Assembly: GCF_022539665.2 (NCBI RefSeq)
Contig: NC_081334.1
Span: 2,790,001-2,854,000 of the forward strand
Direction: 5' to 3'
Length of the DNA: 64,000 nucleotides
Origin: Daphnia carinata
Taxonomy: Eukaryota
This document shows positions 20,901 to 35,449 of the stretch, one piece after another. The number at the start of each line of letters is the position of its first letter. Within the stretch, counting starts at the first letter, position 1. Below the pieces are notes generated by a model that saw only the letters and a list, made by a program, of their open reading frames with translations, was not told the DNA's origin and did no database searches. A program made the translations under genes and the position numbers.

Positions 20901-23900
20901 ATAGATTCTATAGATCCATTCTCTAATAAGATCTCAATACGCGTTTTTTTATATCAAAACGACGATCCATAACTTGGACTTTGGCGCTCCCTCGTTCGAC
21001 GAAAAACTCGGTCGTCCGTGTTTCAATCATTTTCGATCCAATTTCTATTGTCAAAATTGTCCAATAAAAAATTTTGTCTAAAAGGCCTCTCCCATTCCGT
21101 TAAGTTGCCTTGAGTTTTAGCTCTGTAAGAATTGAATCAAAGGCTTTTTTTTTTGTTTCCGACTGATGTTCGGGCCGTTCATTCTGATTTCAATCGAGCA
21201 AAGCTGTTGCCTCTGATGTGCGCTTGTATTCCTTCCCTTTTTTTTTTCTGAAGTACGTAATAGCGGGGAATAGTTGGGGCCCGCCGTCATTTCGGCTAAG
21301 CGAAAACAAACGAGCGCCAAAACTTTTCCATGTTGTATATAGAGACGATATAAAAAAAGAAAAAAAAAAAAAAAAAAACCCTCTTCCGGATTACCAAGAA
21401 AGGCTTTATATAGTCGGAAGAGCGCGCGTCGGAGGTCCTGCAAAACATTTATTTATTTATTTATTTTTTACTACAATGTTTTTTGTTTTGTTTTGTTTCT
21501 TTTGTTCTATTTGAAACTCAGATAACAACAGTCGGAGAGGAAGGGCTCAGCTGATGCCTATAACATGGGGAGCCTAGGAGCGTCGCATGTGCCTGCGTTA
21601 TACGACAAGGCAATCTCTTGCGTCACCTAATACCGCCCCCATCGGCTCGCTATACACAGAAGAAAAGATATTAGACAAATGAGTAATGAAACTAGCAGCG
21701 AGGGGGGGTATTATGGTAGACTCGTCGCGTTTTTATGCCACTGCTGTAAAATAGCGCTGTTATACAGCTTGGCCAAAACAGCAATTCTTTTAATTCTTTT
21801 CTTTTTTTTTTCTATTATTATTATGATTATTTCCGTTTGCTGGTTGGATAACCGCAACTCCTTTTGTGTGTGTCATCCCGTTGATTAGCACAGCGCCATC
21901 AGTAGCAATCAAAGTTGACGTCGAGCCCACCCCTCCGGATTTTCAAATAAAATTCCGCACGGCACGCCATTTGACGTTGGCTACAGTAAACGCGCAGTCA
22001 AAGAATTAAATCAATGAAAAACAAGAGCTGAACATTAGAGAAGGGAGTCGACATGGTCGTAAACATCTGTGATTCACTTTTTGCACACAAACTGCTTTAG
22101 ATCGACGACATGGCGGAAATGCAAGCGACCTACCCCCTCGTAAGCGCAAATTTTTTAGCGGATCGTGTCCAACACAAAGAGCAAGACGCAAAGGAATTTC
22201 GTGCGTGCGTGAACGTTCCCTTCAAAAGTCCAACGTATTTTAATTCTTTTTTTTTTTTTTTTTTTTCTGGGAATTTTCACAAAACTAATCTGCTCGCAGA
22301 AGCGAGTTGTGCATACGTTGGTTAGTTCTGCGCACGTAGGGATCCGCGCTTTCTAAATATTTTGACGGATTTGCATCCAGCGATGGTGATGGCATACGGG
22401 ATTCGCGTACAGTGGGAAAAACGAAGGGGGGGGGGGAGAGTAGAGGGGTAAAAAGGGTGGATTTTTGTGTCCGATGTATGTGAGAATGCGACAGACACAC
22501 AATGCGATGTTTGGCAAAGATTGCTTGGCTCGCTTCCAGTTCGTCAATTCTCTTTTCTTCTGCCCCCCCCCCCTCTTTTGTTGCTCGTCTCTCTCATGCT
22601 TTCACTTCTTACGGACCACATATGTACAATATGGCGGCTACGTAAGGCAAAAAGTATCAAGCAAAAGTTTGAAAACAAAATTCTCTTGTGTTACTAGCGA
22701 ATGTTCGAAACTCTTCGTCAAGCATTTTTCTCTTTGACGAGCCTCGAGGATGTTATGCCCATTGCTTCGATGTGCTGCAGAGCGTGTAAAAAAAACATGG
22801 CACGTCGTAACGTTTAAGTTAGTTGTAGTCAAAGCAAAGAAAGAAAAAAAAAAGAATCTATTTTCTGATGGGGCATACACAGTTAGGTGGTAAAGAACAT
22901 TGGTACAGAGTAACAGCTCTGCAAGGAGTCATACGAAATATACGTCACGCAAAAGGAATGCACCAAAGTCAAAAATTATTGATGAGTTTCGTCTATTTGC
23001 GTGGGACCGACGATCTCTCTGGATATATATACATTTTTCTTTACAAGGTTATCGTATACCCCCCCATTGCGCTGGATTGCTATACGCAGTATAACCACAT
23101 GATTTGTATATATGACGTGTGTGTGTGTGTGTGTGTATACAACTTACCCCTTCTCGGTTAGCATTATACGTTAACATACACAGACGCCTCCCTCCCCCCC
23201 TCTTGACGGTTCTACACACACACACACTCATATAAATACACATGGCAAAGGCATCAGCGACGAAGAGAGACACACCTCGATCAATAATTCCCCTCCCACT
23301 ATCTTTTGCTGGCAACTCTATACGCTCACGGCCGTGCCTCGTTATCACTTTTTATAGTCCTAAACTCTAATATGTCTAGACTACTACTACTACTACTACG
23401 TCCTATACATGCTTTAAAAAAAAAAAAAAAAGGAAATACATAATTACATATAGAGGCCTATATTTCAATGAATATTAGATGTAGTGTCCAGATACAGCGA
23501 TAGATAAGGTATTTTTTCTCTTCTTTTTTTTTCCCATCCTCTTCTTTCCCATATGTTACATGAAGAGGGTTTCATAATTAGGGTCGGGACAGACGGGGAC
23601 GACATGCCAGAATAGCAATCATCATCGTCAGCTCTGGCTCAGCAAAAGAGAGGATCTTATTAAATATTACATAGATTAAAGTCAGAGAGCTATAAGAGGG
23701 CTCGATTGTGCCCCCCCCTCCCTTCCTAATATCGTCATTCTTTCCTTTTTCTTTTTGATCCCGAAAAAAAAACAAAAAACATTGGGATGCTGTTTTATTT
23801 TTTTTTTTTTGTTCTCCGGATGCGACACGAAGATGTGACCCAGAATCGATTTGCACGGGGGATATAGAAAGGGATCTGTGAAACACGTTACATCCTTCCA

Positions 23901-26900
23901 TATATCTACATAGTCTATCTACATAGGCCTGACTATAAAAAAAAAAAAAAAAAAGAATTGGCTTTTAAAAAGAAGGGGTTGAGTAGCGACTCTATAGGAG
24001 GTATATACGTTAGTGAGTATACGTAGACCTATTTTACATGTAACTTAAATACATATATATATATATATATATATATAATAGTGTGCCTACCTAACATGGA
24101 AAGTTGAAAATGCACGCACAGAGTGCGGGGATAAAAGCTATCCTGCATGTAAAAGGGAGGAGGAGGAGGAGGAGGGGGGGGGGAGAGGGAAAGGGAAGAA
24201 TCAATCCCTGCTCCTTATTGCTGTCTATATACTCCGACTGGCGAATCGGGGCAACGACACGATGGATCGATTTCGAATAGAGTACCGAAAGGGGTGCGAG
24301 GGAGAAGAAAGAATAAAGATGCAAGCCAATAGCTCCGGCTATATAGCTTTTGTAAAGCTTCATATCAGCGAATGTAAAAAAAAAACAAAAAAAAGAAAAG
24401 GAAAGGAAAGGAAAGCGCAAAAGAAAGTGAGAAACAGGAGCTAGTACATATATATCGATTACGTATCAAAGCTTCCATTTGCTGGCCTCCGTGTGTGTGT
24501 GTGTGTGATGGTCTAGTGCGTAAATCTTACTATGTTGTCCCAACACACACAGAGTGGCTAGACAGATTTCGATTCCTTCCGCTCGGCGATTATGTAAGGC
24601 CGTTCCAGAAAATGATTTCTCTTTGTGAGTGGTTGTTACGTGTCTTAAGGATCGGCCAGTGTAGCTTAATCAAATTTGATGCACATCGGCCGAGGGATAC
24701 ATTACAAGTATGCGGTTCTTATTTATCAAAATCGAGAACGAGTTGACATTAAAAAAAAAAAACAAAAAAACATTTGTAACATCATCATAAATCAAAGATT
24801 ATTGTGATGACAAGCGAATTTTCGTACGTTATTTTTAAGGGGACAATGGATTTTAAACTTTGTTTCAATGGGACTCGTTACATATTCATACAGAATATGT
24901 AAATTTAAAGAGAGAGAGAGAGAGAGAGAAAAAAAAAAAGACGAAGTTTAACTGAAAAGGCCAAAGAAACAAGAAAACATGAAATACGTTGCACAGCCCC
25001 GAAGTGGCAAAAAAACCGGAGTCTTTGAATTGAGCTACCCACGCATTATGGAACATCTCGTTATTTATGATGATGAGTTCCTCCTTCTTCGTTCTCCGTT
25101 CATTGTGCGATACAACTCCCTCTTTTGCTATCTATGTTGCGCACCCATTGCCGTCCTTGCCCTGTTCCATCCGATGTTCTTTTTTTCGAAAGAAAATCAA
25201 ATGAATACCTACACTGTAAAAAGGCAGATACAATAGTAACGTATCTCTCACTCAGCTTGGAATCATCTTCCATCCGGCGCACGCGGTTATATATATATAT
25301 ATATACCAGAGAAGGGAGGGGAGGGCTTAATTTAAGTCTTCAACGGTGACGAGGTTCGTGTGTGTGTGGGACTGAAAAATACGGAAGTGGAAGGCTCATC
25401 AGCCATTGAAATTCAATCATTCGAAGGGAAAAGAGAAATGAAAAAAAAAAAAAAAAAAGGGAAGCAACTGGAATATTTTTGTGAAATCAATAAAAACGTA
25501 CAAATATCAGAAGGAGGGCAGGAATAAAAAAAAGCAAGGGGGTGGGAAGGGAGGCGGCGGCTGGAAATGAAAAACGGTATATCACTCATGAATATGCGCA
25601 GGCTATTTAACATGTTATAAAAGCCTCTAAGTTTGTTTGTTTTGTTTTTTTTTTCTAAAAGAAATGCCATAGGAAGGGGGAAAGAACACACACACACAAA
25701 AGAAAATGAGCAACAATGCCATCTAAACTAGCTGTCCTTTTGAAAAAAAAAAAAAAAGCCGGGCAGCGCGTTGCTGGGCAAGTCTTGCAAACCAAACAAC
25801 AACAAAAAATCAACGGTTCGTGTGTGTTTTGACAGTTTTTGTATAAATGATTTTAATTATATTATCTATTCACGTTATGCGTTGAAAACAAAAGACCTTA
25901 GATGCCGCCCTGCCCCTTTTTACGTGTGCCATTCAGGTTGTGTGCTGTGTGTGTGTTCCAGACTCCGCAGGTCTAAACACTTTGACGTACATTGCAAAAT
26001 TCATTCGGATTGCGGTTGGGATTCGTTTTGATGGACGTCTTGTTTTTTTGTTTTTGTTTTTCTATTGGTGAAATGCGCCGATGTGTTGGATCAATGACGA
26101 TCGATCGACGTGACCTCTACAGGGGGTAGGTAGCGCCTGCCGGTTGATGACAAATCGACAAACAAACGCCGATACAAAAAAAAAGGGGGGGGGCCATAGC
26201 TGCTGTCTAAAAGAACAAAGTTCGACGAGAGCAAACAAAAACACAAAACAAAAAACGGATATGACTGTGTGCTGTCGCCCAGTTGATCGAGCAACTACAC
26301 TCGCCCCCCTCCGCCCAGCTCTTTGATAGAGAGAATCATTGACAAGAAAATGCGAGGCACGTGCCGGTTGACAACACACACACAAAAAAAATAATAATAA
26401 TCATTCAAAATAAAAATAGGAAACAATCGGTGCTGACCTGTGATAACCTCCCTGTCTGTTTCTTTCCGAAGACGTAAAAAAAAAAAAATAAAAAAGACAG
26501 TCGGCATCTTGGATAAAAGATGCGAACCCGTTTCTGACGTTGGACGACATGGGCCATTGAAGAGACAAGTACAAACACGAAAGGATGAACGTAATTTTCG
26601 AAAACAAATAAAACAGAAGCCAAAAACAATCTCGTTCCATTAGAGAATATCAGCGGGTAACGCACGCCATTCGAAGGGATGCAATCTTTTTACGTCGAAA
26701 GTCTTTCCAAAAGACATTTATCCCCCAACCCCCCGCGCCGCACTTACTGATGATTCTCTGAATGGTGACGTAACTCTTTTTTTTTTTTTTTTTTTTTTTT
26801 GGCATCGCCTCAAACTGATAGAGACGAGTAGCAGCAGCTCAATCGACTATTCATTTAGCACAAAAAAAAAGAACGGACGTTTGCATTGACTGATGTTTGT

Positions 26901-29900
26901 TTTTCTTTTGCTTTTTCTTCCTTGTTATTCAGAGTGTCTTCCCACACAGGAAAAAAAAACAAAACACGGCCATTCATTTCAACCCCCCCACCTTTTCTGA
27001 TCGTTTATTTATTTTTTTTTTCTAGTCTCTCCTCCTCCCCCCCCCCCCCACCAACGTCTTCGCATGTGTTGGCCGTTATGTACACGTTTGAGTACACACA
27101 GAGGGAACGGTGGGCGTGATGATGGGCTTAATGACGCGCATACTGACGTGAGCCAATCCATTACACGTCATCTAGTTGATAAGCACACACACATACATTG
27201 CGCATAGACGTACCCAAAAAAAAAAAACATTTTGATTTATCGGTGAGCGTCTTCAATTTGTATATTTTTAAGGAGGAAAACAACAAATCGCGAATAGAAA
27301 ACATGAGAAACACGTTTTTCTTGACGCGTATGTAAAAGGAAAGCATTTTTTTCTTTCTTTTTTTTTTTTTCGGATGGTATATGTATCCCTTTCTTCTTTT
27401 ATGTTGCATTTACACACGTACACAGTGTGTAAGAGAATGGAGAAAATGAAAAAAAAAAAAAAAGAAAAAAGAAAAAGGATGTTAGACGGAGTGGCCCGTG
27501 CGGCCTGTTGGGAAGAAGCTCCCGCATATAAAAACAGAGGCAAAAACTTGCAGCCACGGGACATGCATCCAGCCAAATAATAAAAAAAAAAAAAAAAATG
27601 GGGGGGGGGGGGGAGAATAAAAACAAAACAAAAGAAAAGTAAAGACAACTAGCTCTAGCGTCTCTCTCTGTTTCAAGTGCGCGGTTTGCTGTTTGAGCTT
27701 CCTGGCCATTAAGTTCTACGAGAATCACTTCCTTGAATGCTGATTGGAACACTGATGGAGTTTCGAGAGCAAACACAAACTGAACATACACACACACACA
27801 CACACGCACACACATGCTTTTGTTTTCTCTTGTCAGATTCAATCTTCTTTTTTTTTAATTTTTTTTTTCAAAATGAATAAGATGATTGAAATTGAGATCC
27901 ATTGAAGTTCAATTCGACCCAAAATGAGAGGGACATACCAGGGAAGGTTATACCGGTGTGTGCGTGATGTGTGTTCTCAACCGTTAGTTTACCAGCTGCT
28001 GTCCCTATCGTGATTGTACAGAGAGTCGAGAAAAGGGAGTGGGGCGGAGGGGGGGGGAGTCCCGCGCGCTGCTCCCATCCGTCCCTCACTCCCGTTCTCG
28101 TTGTGCAACCCGCCGCATACACACGAGAAGTTTAGACGATGTCGGTGCCTTGGTGCGGCAAGTACCAAGCCCGTCAAGCTCCCCTCTCTGTACTATAGGC
28201 TCTCAAAACTATTCAACGTTTTCCTTTTTTTTTTTGTTTTCGGGACAGGCAAAAAAAAAAAAAAGAAAAAACAACATCGAATCGTTTGTGAAAAACGTTT
28301 AATTTGAAAACACATTGCCCCCGGTAAGAATAGCAAAACGTTGTTTTTCTTCGCGCTAGTACCTACTGGCGCGTTTCAAAACACTTGTCGTTTCTCCTCC
28401 ATTTTCTTCGATAGCCAATTGGAAGAACGAAGAAAAAAAAAGAAGGGGGGGGGAGAGAACGCTCATTGTTTTTCTGCGATTCTTTTTTTTTTTTTTTTTT
28501 TTCAAATCGCTAGCGTCTAGTGGCGTGTGACGTCCAAGTGGTTGGAGCTTTCAACTTTGGTTGGGTCGTTTCTTACATTTTTTTTTTTTTTTTTTTGAAA
28601 GGGTTTCTCGTTCAATCGGCCATTTGGCTCTTTCCTTTTTTCTTCTTCTTTCTGGCACGAGAGAACCTACACACATTCACATTGTGGGTGTGTGTATCTT
28701 GTGTGTGTTTGTGTGTTTGTGTGTGTGTGCGGGTATCCGTGATTCGAGCCGTGTGTGTGCTGTTTTTTTTTGTTTTTTTTAAAACAGAGTGCTATTGAAC
28801 GATTGGCTCTGTCACGGCCACAGTCGACGCCAGGTGTCTGTGCCTGTCGTGAGTTGTCTTCGAATTTCCACGATGACGTAAATAAAACCTCGCGATTCGT
28901 CCCGCTATCTCTGCAAAACAAGGCCGTGTGACGTCCACGTTGAAACGTTTTTTTTCATCGAGACAAAGGAGGAACTGCTTTGCAAAATTTGAACGTAAGT
29001 CTCTCTCTCTCTCTCTCTTATACTTGAATTTTCAATCAGCTGCTCAACGCAATTACGTTGCGTGGCGTGTAATTGAATTTTTTTTTTTGATTTTTCCATT
29101 AACGATAAAGAAAATTAAAAATAAAAAGAAGGATGAAGTGATTGCTCACTACGTTCCTTCCATCCATGGAATATGAACGTGAATCCATGTTGCGTGTACG
29201 GATTCATCATCTTCAATTTAGCCAAAAGAGGGGGGGGGGGGGACGAGATTTTTTTTTTTTTTTTTTAGATTTAATTGAGTATCAGGCTTCTTTGCCTCGA
29301 TGAGAAACGTTACAGCAGCCGAAGACAAATCAAAAGGGGCCGAAAGAAAAACAAGTTTGCCTGCTACCCCCCCCCCCAAAAAAAAAAGAAGAACTCGGAT
29401 GTTGTGATGTCGATAACGATGTTTGATTTCATCTGGGCGGTTATACGTGAGCCAACGCGATCAAGGAGATTTGATTTTCACAAAAAAAAAAAAAAAAATC
29501 AAAGAAAAATGAATAGTTAAGCGTTTGTTCCTAATGGTTCTGAAGAGATTCTTCTAGCCTGAGTCAGGTCAACAGTGTGTCCAATGATGACGTAACAAAC
29601 TGTATAAACACAATCGTTTCCAAAACACACACACACAGCACACGCGTTCATTAAACAAGCAGGGATGTATGCCAGCAATTGAATGGGCTCCTCTTTAAAT
29701 AAAGAAAAAAAAAAATTGATGGAAAAAGCTGCAAGACCGGATGTCAAGGAAGTTGGGGGGGGGGGGGTGGCTATTTTGGTTTAGAGTCAAATCGGGCCGC
29801 CTTTGTTTTTATCCTCCCTATTAATTGCTTTGTAGGGTCCGTTCAAGTCCAAACAAACTACCCTTTATATCAAACACAGCTCATCAAATGTGTGTGCAGT

Positions 29901-32439
29901 TTTGTATTGAGCCGATGCAGCTGGGCCACTTCTAGCCCCCTCCTCCTCCTCCCCCCCCCCGCAAATTTTTTCTTTCTGTCTAAGTTTTAAAAACTTAAGC
30001 TCTTGAAGTCAAGCGAGAGTGTAAGTCTCTCCTGTTGGCTAGACGTGCGTGTTGTCGTGACCGTGCGTGTAGAACAGAAACTAGGACGAGCAGATGGCAT
30101 CGATTGACGTTGTTGTCCTTCTTCAGACGGACGGATAATCCCATTTTTTTAAAAGTAGATCGTCGCAGATGTAGCCGTGCAAAGTGTTTTTCAATGCGCC
30201 CCCCCCCCTCTTTTTTTTTTTTTTTATCTCCGATTAAAGTGAACTGATAGCCGTTTGATTGATTGAGTCAAAGTGACAGCGGCAAAACGTTGTGACCTTT
30301 TGTTGTTTGATCCTTTCGCTCACACTTTTATTTCGCCCCATTTCCTTGATAATCACATTTGTTTTACATGCAAAACAAAACAAAACAAAACAAAAACAAA
30401 TAAAAGAAGATCGTTTTTCGCGGTACCGTAGGTTACGGATGGATTAAAACAAATGAGATTACACGTGTTACAGATCGTATTAGCGAGGCTGTCTCGTTAG
30501 TTTTCGAATAGACGCCCCAACTGACTGTCAACTGCCATTTCCCCGGAGCGCCATCGCAAATCGTTTAACTGTCGCTCACATTTCAAAACTGTTTCGTTAC
30601 GAATAGAACATCATCGATCGGGCCGACTATGCAAATTGTTTTTTTTTGTTTTTTTCGAATCAATTTGTTCAATTCGTTCGGATCAATTTGTTTTAGTTTT
30701 TTTTATTTTTTCCCATTAAAACTAAATAAAGAAAAGAAAAGGGAATTATTCATTAGCGACGTTAGGTTAGTAATACCTATGCGCTACGTGTAGCTATTTA
30801 CAATCGATCCTTAGATACACATGTACGTATACAAGAATAGCCTGGGAACAGGGGGGGGGGGGTCTATAAACTTTTGCAAGGCAAGACGTTGAGCGTAAAC
30901 GGCTTTGCTGCAAACTGGGCAAAACGCCTTCAATGGCCAACAACGCAAAACAGCATTTTTTTTGTGTTTTTTTTTTGTATTAGGGACCTGGCAAGTTGAT
31001 ATTCACTGCTTCAGGGTGGGATATGCAGTACGTAGGAGCTCGACTGACGTCATCCAGTGGGGCCTTTCCCATTCGCCCTTCATATGTACATATAAAAACA
31101 AGGTGAATACACGTCATTGGCATGGAGGGGTGGGGGTCTCCCTTGATCCATTTATCCCCAACAGGTTCGTGTTTCGCTCACCCCCCCCCCCCCTCCTTTA
31201 CGCACGGCCTACTTCGTTTACCCGGCTCGATTCGACTTGCTCGTTTTCAACTTAGCCGCAGGTTTAAATGTTACGCAATACGAATCACGACGAACGCCTT
31301 TAAGCGTTCGGGTAGCCTGCGACGTCCGCCTTCACGACAGTCATTTCTTTCCCATTTTCCGGTCCTGATTGAAGGTTCTTGACTGTTATTATTAAAAAAA
31401 AAAAAAAAAGAGGGGGCAGAGAATTCCTATTTTTTATTTTTTTTTTGCTTTGGATCGATGAAGGAGAGGAGGATATTTAATAAATAAAAAACATGATGGC
31501 AAAGGAGGGGAATCAGAAAATCGTTTAATCTAAAAAAAAAAAAAGAATTATGTCTGATATGCGTGGGTGGCAGACCATTGACGATCAGCTTTTTTTTTCA
31601 TGTTCCTTATAATAGGTTTCATAAAAAAAAAAAAAAATATGTACGACATAAGAATAAATAATAGGCAAGCTTCTTTTCTCTAGTCTTCCTATTATGTTTG
31701 GCTCACGGATCGACACAATTCCATTTCCCCCCCCCCCTTTTCTTTCTTTCGAAATTGGTGATGTGATGTGATATCTAAAGCTGGACTTTGAAGTGCGATG
31801 GGCTTTCATGAAACAACAATCTGCCTAAGGTCCTATTTCATTGTTCAATTGCAATCGCATCGCTTTGTCTTTGGTAATTCGGTACGCTCTTCTATATACT
31901 GCCGTTTCATTTGAGGCCAACGCTTCTGATATACCTTCACTCACCTCTGACAGCCGAAAGACGACTCGATTTCTTCTCCCCCCCCCCCCCGAAAAAAAGT
32001 CTGAAACATTCGAGTGAACAATGAGAGCAAGTTGAATGAAAAGCGGAACAACTGTAGAGGGACGTACGAATCAATAAGCTTACACGTGCCAAAAGGAAGA
32101 AGATTAAAAATTCAAATTGAACAGCAGCAAGTATAGAGGGAGGCCCCTTTTTATTTATTTATTTTGCCAATCCGCAGAGGATCGGTCTTCGTTCATCACC
32201 GTATCAAATCTGCGCACGAGAACCTTTCCCCTTGTGTCTACAGACGAGATTTAAAAAATCGTGAATACATCAGTCACAATAATAATTTAAAAAAAAAATA
32301 GAAATCGATATCAAACGATGGCTCTTTTTTTTTTCTTAAATAAAAAAAAAACGAACGCTATACGTGCAATCATTCAAAAGAAACTTCCGTCCGTAGTGAG
32401 TTGGGCCCAAGAAAAAAAAAAGTTGGACGTATAGCACAG

Positions 32440-32495
<56 letters not shown>

Positions 32496-35418
32496 TTTTT
32501 TTTTTTTTTTTTCTTTTCTGTCCGCCCACGGAATTTTTTTAAAAAAAGAACGGGGGGGGGGGGGGGAGAGAGACATATACAATTTCAGCTCACACACACA
32601 CACACAGACACACACACATGGAACAGTATAAAAAGTCAGTAGCGGAAAGCGGGCGGCTTGCAATGCCATTCTCCGGCAAGCGAATCATGCAATAATCGTA
32701 TCCGTGAAGCCCGTCATAACGTTCTGGCAAAAGCACAGAGCAAATAAAAAAAAAAAAAAAAAAAGGAAAACTGGAACAAAGAGCAGTCTGCTGTGTCTGA
32801 ACTATAAAACTCCCATGCGAATCTCAGCACACACCCAAAAGCAAAACGAAAACTAATTTTGATGTTTACCTTTTTCTTTTATAAAAAAAAAAAAAAAAAT
32901 AATAAATTTCCCTTTAAACAAAATCAATTCCAGTTTTCCAGTTTCATTAAAAAAAAACAAAAAAAAAGAATGGCTCTGCAATTATGGAGCGTGCCGATAA
33001 AACGCTGAATCGCAATCAGATTTTGACCCGCGTGTGCGACGCTGGCCGGCGAACGTGAAGAGACACCGGGACGTGACCAAAAGTTTGGCTCATCAAATGA
33101 TGATCGACGAGTGGGAAGACATTGCGTGGGCAACATTTCCCCGCATCTCAAAGTCTTGCACGAAAATTTTCGGCCAAAAAAAAAAAAAAAAAAACTAAAT
33201 ATAATGAATACGTCCAATGTTAATGAGCATCGGGCTATGTGATGCTAACTAAAATTAATAACGTTGATGTGCGATCTCGTTTCGAACGAAATCATCGGGA
33301 AAAACAAAACAAACAAATGACGTACGAGCATTAAAAAGAAGAAAAGGTCATTTGCACATTTTCGAATGACTGCGTATGTTACAGTACGTTCATTGTTGGC
33401 AACGGGGCGGGCCGTGACAACGTCCGTAATTGGCTAGTGCCGTGCGGAGCAGTGGGCCTTCCCACATCCGATGGCGTTTAATCGCCCTATTTTTTTTTCT
33501 TTAAGGTCAGCGAGTGGATGGAAACAAAACCAGACGCTTGATCGCACCCAACCAACTAGAAAAGAAAAAGAGGGGGGGGATCGAAACCGACAGTTTTCCT
33601 TTCTTCTTTTTTGATTTCTTTTACGCTCTATTGATATAAGAAAGAAAATGTATCATATGCAGGTTAGAGAAGATATACTTTTGCACACACACACACACAC
33701 AAACGCTGTGTACACACGTACACACACACACACACACACGTAGAGTTCTATGTAATAGAAGTTTGAACAAGAGTGATGACACACTGAGGCGGGTGCTGTT
33801 TTTGGGCCGATGGACGCGCTGCTGGACGGGGCGCGGTTCTATTTATTCGATCAAGCGTTCGAACCCTCGCCGGTGTTTGAATAAGATGGTCGATACGGTT
33901 AGAAATAAAAAATAAAAAAAAAGGGAATCGAAACATCTTTTGGTTTTGTTTGTTGTTTGTTCACTGCGGAAATGGAGCGGCCCCGATCGCAAGTGGATGT
34001 TGCAATTTTGATAGACGAGGTGATTTTGATTTGCATTTCTGCGTGAGTTGAAAGTGAACGCTCGTCATTTTCACGTGGCAGATGTTGTGCATACCTTTAA
34101 CTGTCTACCCCATCCGCTGGAAATCACGAAATGTGAACGATCATGCGCTCAACGTTGTCTATTCTGCCGTATACGAAAAAAAACAAAAACAATTGCCGTA
34201 GTTCTCGTTCGTGTCTGATCCCGCCTGAGCCTAGGACATAAAGCTTGCATATTGATTCATCGTGGCATTAAGGGCAGCTAAAACGGTACGCACCGATCGA
34301 ATCTCAGCCATTAACTCCACTACACAATTCATTTGGACTTTTGTTATTAATGTGTGCTTCGGCAAAGCCGACTGCAAAACTTGATCGACCTTTAGCTCAT
34401 TTCTGTAATCTCCCCAAAATGGCTTTGGCCGGATGGTATAACGTAGGCAAACGTGCCCCCGCCATGTTCAACTCCAATTCAGGATTGAGCTCATCAATCA
34501 ATTGGCATTCGCTCATCTGCATAAAATTCGAAGGGACAAATTGATAATTACACATACCACCGATGAAAGTCAACTACCATTTCTGATTGTCTTTGATTTA
34601 AAAAAAAAAAATGGACAGACGCGAATCGCATGAACGAACGCACGCTCTTGTCTCTACGATGATGTCGATTGAAATCAGCCGAAACAATCCACCGCAGGTC
34701 ACGACATCATCGATTTATTTATTTATTTTTTTTTTTTTGGCAACGTTCTTCATTTCTTTTATTTTCAATCTGCGATTCATATCGCTTGTGTGTCCCGAAG
34801 CAAAACTCGGGATGATTTAGCCTGGGAACTCGACGTATGCATCACGCAATTCGATAGTCTGAAACAATCACATCGCAACGTATGTCTCTCTCTTCTTCTA
34901 CAACGAAAACTTACATTTCTCATAGGCAAATAGAGTTTCTCAAATTTCAAATGCAAAACAGCACTTTGGGCTGCATGGATTTTGCATGCGACCATCGCAG
35001 GCGTCGCTATACTCAACTTGACTGTCGTTTTTCTTTTCTTTCTTTTTTTTTGTGTTTTGGCGTCGCTTCTTGAAAACAATCGATGTTTTTAATTAGCTGA
35101 CTTGTGCTGCTGACTGGGGGGTGTGGGGGGGTGGGTGGGTTGCATCTGCTCCCAGAATTCCTTCAAGACATTGAAGCGCAAAAAAAAAAAAAAAAAAAGA
35201 TCACGAAAGGGCACCCTCTTCCCGGAGACAACGCAGCACGTCATGGAGCCTTTCGGCATTTTGAGCACCAAACTGCGGGGAAGGAACACACACACACACA
35301 CAAACACACAAAATAGCGAGCAAGCGCACAGTTTTCCTTTTTCCCGTTCTTGTTGATATTAGTATTCTGACGGAAGTCGCGTCTTTTTTAGCCCACAGCG
35401 CAGAGTTAATGAACTCGA

Positions 35419-35449
<31 letters not shown>

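Noticed and set aside
32440..32494. ~55-nt poly-C tract / poly-Pro or poly-Gly ORF
   Set aside because: Homopolymer of unreliable length in a region full of such runs; no coding context.
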